A stretch of DNA of 64,000 bases from the NCBI GenBank assembly GCA_964016885.1, contig OZ024740.1, positions 289,416,001 through 289,480,000 of the forward strand, given 5' to 3'. Both the position numbers and the translations under genes were made by a program. Below are positions 54,402-64,000 of this stretch, piece after piece. Source of the stretch: Eledone cirrhosa. Lineage: Eukaryota. A model generated the notes under the pieces. It was given only the letters and a program-made list of their open reading frames with translations. It was not told the DNA's origin and did not search any database. Each line of letters starts with the position of its first letter. Position 1 is the stretch's first letter.

Positions 54402-54481
54402 ATTTAGTCCTTCATCAGTGATCTTCCAGCCTTCATTGGTATTTCATCGCTTTAAAGACCATATACCTCCGGTTGGTGCGA
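54402..54481 (-). ncRNA. Permuted (non-cyclic strand order) hammerhead-like motif with an intact core, inside a repeat at about 54353-54890
   Basis: Minus strand reads tcgc-a-ccaacc-gga-ggta-TA-tggtctt-taaa-gcgat-GAAA-tacc-aatgaa-ggctgg-aagatca-CTGATGA-aggactaaa. Confidence 0.62.
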
Positions 54482-55280
54482 GCAACGGCTAAAGAAAGTC
54501 GTTGGGACACGTAAATAGGGGGAACGAGCGAGACTGTAAACAAACAAAGATGGTAATGCAACGAAAAGTGAGGAAGACGGAGTCAAGTCCCTGAAATCGA
54601 TGAATATAAGTTCTGTGAAATCGTAGACGAGAGAGAATAAAGACCATCCGACCTGGTCGAAGTGTGCGTGAGGAAAGAATCTCGCACAGGTCAAACGGGA
54701 GGAAGTAGGAGAGGGAGTAGCAGAGAGTGAGTGAGTGAAGTGTGAGGAAGAGGCTAACAGAGAGAGTGACTGTTAGAGGGGGTAAAAGGAAGTGAGAGAT
54801 ACAGAGAAAAGGCGAAGCAGTAAGTAAGAAACAGACGGGTCACAGCGGAGGAAAATATATATGAATATGAAAACATGGCGTGCTGTGCAAATACGGGTTA
54901 GGAGGCGAGGCTGTGTGGTTACTGAAAACGAAGTGTTAGAAGGTAATCGGGACACAAACAAAAGAAGAAAAGTTTCCGTGGAGCTATCGCTGGTATATGA
55001 ACATTAAACCTATCAGTAAATGGCAGGCCAACGACCTCTCACGCTTACAGCCGCCATCCCCAGGTATATATATATGTTTCTTTCACCTTTGTCTTCCCAC
55101 GATGGGATCTGTACACTTTTTTTTTTTTAATTCCTTTCCTATTTTTCCCCTTCTTCCTCTCTCCTCATCTTTCCACCTCCTGTTCTTCCTCCTTTCCCTC
55201 TCTTTCTTTTCCCCTCTCTCCTTTTTCTCTCTCTTTCTCTCTCCTTTTCCACCTGGCCTTTTGATTAATAAAAGGCCTCG

Positions 55281-55358
55281 GGCGCACCCGAACTACACCG
55301 ATGTCCTGTAATTCAGCGCCGAAACATCGGTTCGGGATACATTTACAGCTGACGATGG
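55281..55358 (+). ncRNA. Permuted hammerhead-like motif from a second sequence family
   Basis: ggcgc-a-cccga-actac-accgatg-TC-ctgtaa-ttca-gcgcc-GAAA-catcggt-tcggg-atacat-ttacag-CTGACGA-tgg. Confidence 0.62.
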
Positions 55359-55562
55359 AAACTCCTTTCTTCCTTTCTCCTCCTGTTCTGTTTGCCTGTC
55401 TGCCTGTCTATACGCCATTCATACACATATATGATATATACTGGTGTAGGTAAACGTGAGCTAAAGAACGTGTATAATTCTATACAAAAGCATAATGAGG
55501 GTACAAATATATCTGACAACATGCGTACTTTTTTTTTTCATGTTCATCACTTTTTATCGAAC

Positions 55563-55607
<45 letters not shown>

Positions 55608-55716
55608 GCGCGCACGCGCACACATACACACACATACGCACACACATACACACACGCACGCTCACACAGCAATACACACACACACACACGCACACACAGA
55701 CACAGACACAGACACA

Positions 55717-55761
<45 letters not shown>

Positions 55762-56312
55762 AGACACAGACACACACACATAAAGACACACACACACACA
55801 CACACACACACACTCATAGATACACACACACACACACGCACGCGCGCACACACACACATACACACACATACGCACACACATACACACACGCACGCTCACA
55901 CACCAATACACACATACACAAACGCACACACACACACACTAATACACAGACATATACACGCGCACACACACAATAATACATACACACACACACAGACTCA
56001 CACACACACACAAAGACACACACAGACATAGACACACACATAGATATATACAACGGGCTTCTGCAGTTTCCATCCATCAAATTTCACTCACAAGGCATCC
56101 TACAATCCTAGGCTATATTAGAAAACACCTGCTCAAGGTGTTACGCAGAAGAACTGAACTCTTCAACCACACAGCCAAGCCTTAACCTGTGTATATGTAC
56201 AGGCTGGTCCGAAAGTCTTGTCATCCCTACATATTGTTTTGACTTTCATTATTTTTTGTTTAAATAATATAATATATATCATTAAGCCCCCCCCCCCCCA
56301 ACCACCTACACC

Positions 56313-56344
<32 letters not shown>

Positions 56345-56830
56345 CACCACCACCACCACCACCACCACCACCACCACCACCACCACTACCACCACCACCA
56401 CTGCCACCCTTAGCATCTACCTCCATCATCAAATCCAACAACACGACAGCAAACACAGAAAGCACCAACACCACAACAGCAGACACAATACTCAGCCATA
56501 GACACAGACAACACAAAGCTTTTACATTACATTCAACACCACACCAACATCACAGAAACAAACTACGTACAGACCACCAAAATTGCACCCCCCACACACA
56601 TAAAAATTATAGAAATCACACAAAAAAATTACATAACATTAAAAAAATGTTCCCCCACATCAATTGGAGACTACCGAGGGAACATCACCAAAAGAATATT
56701 CACAGATATTCTCGTGGAGAAACCCACCAATGGTCAGAGTGATGGATCACCCACCCGCTTCTTAAAAAAGAGCCACAGGTAATTTTTGTACCTCTCCCCT
56801 CTCATTTGTTTTCCGCCTATCCTAGCTAAC

Positions 56831-59800
56831 ATGGCTTCTCTCAGAATAGGTAACATAAATGCACGTGGCCTGGGGTCGTCTTGGAAGCAGGACCAACTGC
56901 TGAACGTTCTCAGGTCGCTAAACATAGATGTGGTGGCCATCAGCGAAGCCGTCCCGGATCGGGGGGGGGGGGGGCGTGTTGTTCGGGAGAAGTCTGGATC
57001 TTCTTTGACCCAGAGGGTAAGTTGGTGGTACTGGACTTGACCAGCGGAGAAGGACAAGCTTTCAGGCTAGTGGCCGCCTATGCCCCAACAGGAGAAGGAC
57101 AGCCTGAATTCTTCCGGCGTCTGGAGACCTTTCTTGGAACGTCCTGCTCTCTAGTGTTAGTGGGCGACTGGAACGGGATCTTAGATGCACGCTGGGATTG
57201 TGTGGGATTAGCGGATAGGGGAGGAGGGTGCAAAAGTCGCACAAACCTACTCAGGCATTTTCAACTGTCGGACAGGTACCGATTGGATTTTCAGAATGTG
57301 CCAATGTGGACTTGGACAAACCGTATCGGGTCATCGAAATCATATCTAGATAGAGTATTTTGTAGGGAAACAGATAGGTCTAGCATAGGCTGTCCACAAT
57401 TCAAGATAGTCAGCTACACGGACCACAAATTCGTGATCTGTGTGGTTGACTTAGATAGGCTTCATAGACAGGGACCCGCCTACTGGAAACTAAACGCATC
57501 GCTAACAGCGCGCAAAGCTTACAGAGACCGGATTAGCGAATTAGTTAAGCGGGCGTTGACAGGGGCCATCGTGAACAACAAGTGGTCGTTTGCTCTGAAA
57601 AGAGCGATTAGAATAGAATCCATTAGGTTTAGTAAGGCTTTAGCAATAGAGAAAAATAGAGCAGAGGGAGAACTAGTTAAGAAAATAGACGAGGCGCTTA
57701 GTAAAGGCATCGCGACCGACGTGCTTGCGGCGAAATTGGCTCTCGACCAATTTTTCAACGCTAAGCACGAAGGCTGCGTTGTCAGAGCTAGGGTGCGTGC
57801 TCTCAGACACGAGGGGACAAAAGCCGTTCAATGGGCCCGGGTGGCGGAGGCGCGTCGTGGCAACAAAGCCACGATCCGGTCTTTGGCGAACCAAATGACG
57901 GGCACATGATACTCGATCCCGGGCAGATGTGTGCAGCTTTTCAGCAACACTTTGCTCTGCTATTCGGGAGCAATGGCGGGCCGCATCGCGGAATGCACTT
58001 CAGTGCCTACCTCGACCAACTGCCGCGGCTCTCGGCCACTGAGGTGGAGTGTTGCGAAAGGCCGATAACAGCCGCTGAAGTACGGGAAGCAATGATTAGC
58101 TGCACAATGGGTAAATCGCCTGGTTTGGATGGTCTGCCCTACGAATTTTACATACATATGCCAGGCTTGTTCGAAGACCTCTTGGCAGACGTCTACTGCA
58201 ACTGGCAGCAGAACGGGAGAATTCCCAGCTCTGTGAGCCGAGGAGCGGTGGCGCTGCTGAGAAAGGATCCGAACAAGGGGGAGAACAGAACATTTCAGGC
58301 CCATAACTCTGCTAAACACAGAGTTCAAGATTTTGGCTAAGGTGCTAGCAACGAGGCTGGCGCTTTTCGTTGGTGGTATGGTGGGAGAGGCGCAAACATG
58401 CGCCATTCCAGACAGATCCATCCACGGCAACCTCCACCTCATACGATACATCGTAGAGAGGGTAGCTAGGGAACCTGGCATGGGTGAGTCTTTGATCAAT
58501 TTATATCAGTCAAAAGCTTTTGATAGGGTCGACCATCGTTATCTGGAAGCAGTCCTAAGAGCAGCTGGCTTTGGACCTGTCTTCAGAGGCTGGATTGCTG
58601 CCATGCACAGCGACATCTGCTCTGTGGTGAGTGTGAACGGTCACCTTTCGGAACCGTTCAACATCATGCGCTCGATCCGCCAGGGATGTCCTCTCTCAGC
58701 CTTGTACGTATTGACTCTTGAGCCATTACTGCACAAACTGGAGACGTTGAAGGGGGTCCCACGTGAACTAGGATGCGGAAGAACAGTGTCAGCTTATACA
58801 GACGACATCACCGTAGTGGTGTCGAACACTAAACACATCGAGGCAATCGACACCACACTAAGAGAATACGAGGTAGTGACAGGAGCAATGATAAACCAGT
58901 AGGCCTGCAACTCGGCACCTGGGGAGGCAGGTCAATGCCGCCCAACAGCGTCGTCGGGCGCTGGACGGACGAGCCGGTTATATTGCTAGGGGTTTGGTTC
59001 TGTCCGGTCCTCCAGACGGACAAAATCTGGGATGAGGTCACAAGCAGGGTGTTTTCTCTCACCCAGAAATGGGCCGAGAGGAAGCTATCCCTGAAAGGTC
59101 AAGCGGAAGTGGCGAATGCGTACATCGCGTACGTCATCTACTACCGCCTGACCGTTGTGCCTTGTCCTAAGCCTCGCCTGACTTCACTGGAGCGTTTGCT
59201 CTTTCGCTTTTTGTGGAAGGGACGTTCTCTGATGGTCAGGCGGTCCATCTGCTGTCAACACCCGCTGCGTGGAGGGCTGGCAAAGCCGTGGCTGATGATG
59301 CGCAGACATACGCTCAGGCTACGGCATCTCCACCTCTTCCTCGACAGTTATCAAGTGTGGTCGCCCTTTGCTAGACACATGTTTCCCCAGCTTATCTCCT
59401 TGGCGGAGCTGCAGTCCTGGGTCAAGCGAAGACCGAGAAGAAGCGCTTGGAGACTAGAATGTCTTCAGGCGCTTACAGCCCTCGACCAGTCGAGCAATAC
59501 AATCGCTGGAAACTCCACCTTGGTTTTCTATAGAGGATTAGTGGAAGGAAAGAGCAACGACGTCCTTGGGGAGACTCTAGGCGTCGACGAAAACCAACTA
59601 GCCTATCTCTTCGGGAGAACTTTCTGGCCGAAGCCGATGGACACCTTCCAGAAATCCCTGGCCTGGCAGTGCTACCGAGGAGCCTTGCCAGTTGGGATAG
59701 ACTCTAGAGGCATGGAAGTGCCGTCAGCCGAGCCTGTCCGAGATGTGCACAGGGCGATGAAACCGTCCTGCAGGCACTCCCCCAGTGTCCGAGCATTACT

Positions 59801-60390
59801 GATTTGTGGGTTTATGCCGAACACATGCTGTCACGTGTAGAACGGATCCGGTTATCAGCTGAGTCCATCGTGAAGATTGCCCCGCCGCCTTCCTTTAGCC
59901 GAGAAGGGCAGGCAGTTTTTATCTGCCTGGTGGCCATGGTAAAAGAGATTTTATGGTGGACACGTCTGAAAGGGTTGAAGATGGGTACTTTCCCCTTCGA
60001 TGATGTCCTCATTAACTTTTTCAGGTTTCACCTGAAGAGGAAAATCAGGGTGCAGAGGGAAGTGCTGACCTCCAGCCAGTTTGTTGAAAGGTGGGTGAGA
60101 GAGGCAAGAATGGCCCGTGTAAATGGGTCTACCCTGAGCGTGTGCCTGTAGCATTGTAGAAGGAAAACTGGAAGAGGGCATTTGCCCTAGCGGTCAGGGT
60201 AACCGTGGCTTTTTTGTGGGCTTTCTCCACGAGCAACCCTCGCACGTATCCCCTCTATTGGGAATTTTTCATTGTTTCCTTTTGTCACACTCTGTTTTGT
60301 TTTTTTTTACCCGCAGAAATGCCCATTTGTATTGCCCTGTGTTGTCCTTAATGTTATAATTTGTGTCAACCCTTGTGGTTAATAAAGAAA
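56831..60390 (+). mobile_element. L1/Tx1-type LINE ORF2 (APE endonuclease + RT + CCHC), frameshifted, with 3' UTR
   Basis: MASLRIGNINARGL, GDWN, YLDRVF, TDH (APE); KSPGLDGLPYEFY, KAFDRVDH, RQGCPLS, YTDD (RT). The stop is at 60151 and AATAAA at 60381. Confidence 0.92.
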
Positions 60391-61242
60391 GCATTAATTA
60401 TAATATATAATAATAATAATAATATAATTTTCTTATAATATATAATAATTGTTTCTTCTTTTGGCACAAGGCCAGCAATTATCCCAGTGCATTACTGGTA
60501 CTTTATTTTATCGACCTCGTAAGGGTGAAAGGTAAAATAAAGTACCAGTAATGCACTGGGATAATTGCTGGCCTTATGCCAAAAGAAGAAACAATTATTA
60601 TATATTATAAATAATTGTTTTTACTTTTGGCACAAGACCAGCAATTACCCAGTGCATTACTGGTACTTTATTTTATCGACCCTGTAAGGATGAAAGGCAA
60701 AGCTAACCTCAGCGGGATTTGAACTCAGAATGGCAAGGGCCGTAACTCTATGCGTCAACGCAATATTGCCAATCCACCGCCTGTATATCACGATAAACCA
60801 GTGCGATCCAACAAAAATACCTTGTAGTAGTTAATCCACCCCACTTGTGCAAGCATCCTTTTGTATCTCACGCCATTGGAAACACAGTGAACTGGTGATT
60901 GGCATATTGAAAACCTATAACCAATCTCGCTTATTGTTCGCAAAAATGCACGACACAAAAAAAATAGTGCTGCACCACTATATCTCTATGTTGCTCAATA
61001 ATGGCTGGCAATATCGATCTGCTGCAGAAACATATTGGTTTCACCTGATTCATTGCACCATAGTGGTATGCTGCACATTTCTACTGCGCACACTGCATAC
61101 GTAATGACGCAGTCTTTTTCTTTAATCAAATATTTTGATATGTTTTACATCTTAACTCTTACATCACTGTCTATTTATATATCGATCCTTCTATCTACCT
61201 ATCTATCTATTTATATCCATCCATCCATCCATCCATCCATCC

Positions 61243-61311
<69 letters not shown>

Positions 61312-61741
61312 CTTATCTATCTATCTATCTATCCATCTATCTATCTTTCTATCCATTTATATATCTATATATCTATCGATTTCTCTGTCTCTCAAATTCC
61401 TGTCTGCCAGTTTCTCTACTAACTCGCTATCGATGAATTGCTATATATATAACTAATATCCTTTATCCATACACATAAACACAGACACAAACACGCTGAT
61501 AGACATACCCTTGTTTACTTTTGTATGTATGTATGTATGTATGTATGTATGTATGTATGTATGTATGTATGTATGTATGTATGTATGTATGTATGTATGT
61601 ATGTATGTATGTATGCATGTATGTATGTACGTATGTACGTATGTATGTATGTATCTATGTATATATGTATGTATACATTTATGTATGCATGCGTATATTT
61701 GTTTGTACGTAAATATCTACCTGGCTGTATCTCTCTCTCTC

Positions 61742-61787
<46 letters not shown>

Positions 61788-61925
61788 AATAATGGAGCTG
61801 CGGCGCTGCAAATGGGTTACATATGAAAATATATATATATATATATATAATATATATGTGTGTGTTTGTCTATATATGTATATGTATGTATATATATTAT
61901 AACAATACGACCCTCCTTAAATATA

Positions 61926-62009
<84 letters not shown>

Positions 62010-62034
62010 ATTTATTATAACAATATGACCCTCT

Positions 62035-62080
<46 letters not shown>

Positions 62081-62948
62081 GGTAATTTTGCGGTTTAATC
62101 AATACATATAATCTATACATCAATTATGTTTTTCGATAAAAAATGTTCATGAATATACAAATTTAAATGATATATAACAAGATATATCAATTGAGAAACT
62201 AGTAGTATGTTGTATATATATACAGAACAAATAATATGTAAGTAAATATACATACTTCAAGATGATAAAATATTTCTACTACTAATTTGTTTAAATTAGT
62301 TGAGTTGTCTTAATGGGACTTGCTCGGTAGAAGATCAAACGACATGCTTTGACGCATAGAGTTACGGCCCTTGCCATTCTGAGTTCAAATCCCGCCGAGG
62401 TTAACTTTGCCTTTCATCCTTACGGGGTCGATAAAATAAAGTACCAGTAATGCACTGGGTAATTGTAGCCTTGTGCCAAAAGTAGAAACAATTGTTAGTA
62501 CTCCTTACGATCTATACTATATTTGCTCTTCCATTAAACATCATTTAAACACCACATAGAGAACATCTAAAAATTGTTCCTTTGGCAGTTGACTAGTAAT
62601 TTTGTGCAGTGTGAGTTATATATATAGAAAACCTAACCTTGCTGATGATGGAAATCATAGTCTTAAGATGCTTATTACCAAAATCGATAATTGGTGATTA
62701 CTAAAATCGATGGTTTGTGTCAAGTTTTGACTTTTAGAAACAGATCTGTCTAAGGAACTATAGGCTATTTTATCAAGTATATATATATATGTATATATAT
62801 GTATATATGTGTGTGTGAGTGTGTGTGTGTATCCCGGGTTCAATCGGGGGTAACCACAGTAAGTAAGGTACTCAATACATAGCCTTTGATCTATTGAGTA
62901 CCTTATTGATGATTTCCCGTGAGTGAAACAGTTCTAGTCCTGGAGAAG

Positions 62949-63055
<107 letters not shown>

Positions 63056-63126
63056 AAAATGGAACGGGAACAAAACAGAGAACAAAGGTTTATTAGTTTC
63101 ACGCTCTTGAGAGTACGGGGTGGTGG

Positions 63127-63164
<38 letters not shown>

Positions 63165-63165
<1 letters not shown>

Positions 63166-64000
63166 CAAGTTACTCTTGAGCGCCATGTAACCTGTTGCTC
63201 GGTTGGGTTATCGGTGCTTAAATCGACAACTTCTACCAAGCTTGCTTGATGAGGAGGGGGTTTCTGTGCACCCTGCGGGATGAAAACGAGACCTACCAAA
63301 TGGTGGAGGAACCAATATATTATCTAGGAGAAGGTAACTCTGATATAAAATCCATAAGGATAGATGGTACTCACCAGTCGTAGTGAAGGCAATCCACCTA
63401 GGAGAAAGAAATCTCTGAAATAAAAACCATTCAGCGATGGCTTGCCCCCAGCCTTAAGTATTTTTACACAGAAAATGTTAAAGCTTCTAATAATTCTAGA
63501 TTTCATGAAATGAATAATCGGTATCTTCCGAACTATGATCTAGTCGGAACGATGGTCATTGATGCTAATCTTTTAAAGAAATCTTAAAACTTGCAATAAT
63601 AAATTGCAATAAAACCTTATCAATGACAACATACAATGCTGGCATATTAGTAAAGGACTTCCACACGAATGAATTTATGAATTCAGCAACAGAGCATAAT
63701 CTAAATATTGTATGTGTTCAAGAACATAGGTTCATAAATGAGGAATAGATAAAATACCATCAGCTTAACTCAGAATTCATACTCATTACATCACCGGCTA
63801 TACTAAATAACTCCAATGCTGCAGTTGGTGGTATTGGTTTACTTGTAAATAAACAGGCGCTTTATTTATTATTGACCGTAGAAACTATTTCATCGCGCAT
63901 AATGGAGGCCACTTTTCCAGGAAATCCCCAAACTATCATAATATTCTGTCTCTCCCCACATAATCAATCACATGAGAATGAAATAATTGCTTTGTATCTA
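63165..64000 (+). mobile_element. RTE-clade LINE 5' end with a decayed APE endonuclease, running off the window
   Basis: Manual translation from about 63620 gives TYNAGIL...NIVCVQEHRF...NAAVGGIGLLV...ISSRIMEATFPGNPKTIIIFCLSP. Confidence 0.75.

Noticed and set aside
56218-56742. Pro/Arg-rich ORF upstream of the LINE, considered as ORF1
   Set aside because: It is built from (CGA)n and (CCA)n repeats, with no RRM or zinc-knuckle motif.
62635-62700. CTGATGA-tgg...cc-AAAA-tcga-TA hammerhead-like remnant
   Set aside because: GAAA is mutated and stem I pairs poorly; at best a decayed copy.

Overview
AT-rich eukaryotic DNA dense in microsatellites. The SINE families resemble those of octopod cephalopods, which is an inference. 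I see no host protein-coding gene; almost all ORF-track entries are translations of (TA)n, (CA)n or (TACA)n. The window is a mosaic of transposon debris: Penelope-like elements (RT + GIY-YIG), an L1/Tx1-type LINE, RTE LINE pieces, R4/Dong- and CRE-like RLE fragments, tRNA-derived SINEs, hAT-like MITEs and a 6-8 kb tandem segmental duplication. The main hidden signal is about 30 hammerhead ribozyme (HHR) motifs from roughly ten unrelated sequence families. (i) A 10.5 kb higher-order array is built from two retrozyme-like units (about 450 bp and 310 bp), each carrying a minimal type I HHR. (ii) Some HHRs have a compensatory U3-A8 core. (iii) Several small fold-back elements enclose an HHR. (iv) Three motifs from two families have all the HHR core strands in a non-canonical, non-cyclic order (UH strand, then GAAA strand, then CUGANGA strand), supported by stem covariation; this is a candidate new pseudoknotted or trans-acting hammerhead architecture. 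All structures were folded by eye and none is experimentally verified.
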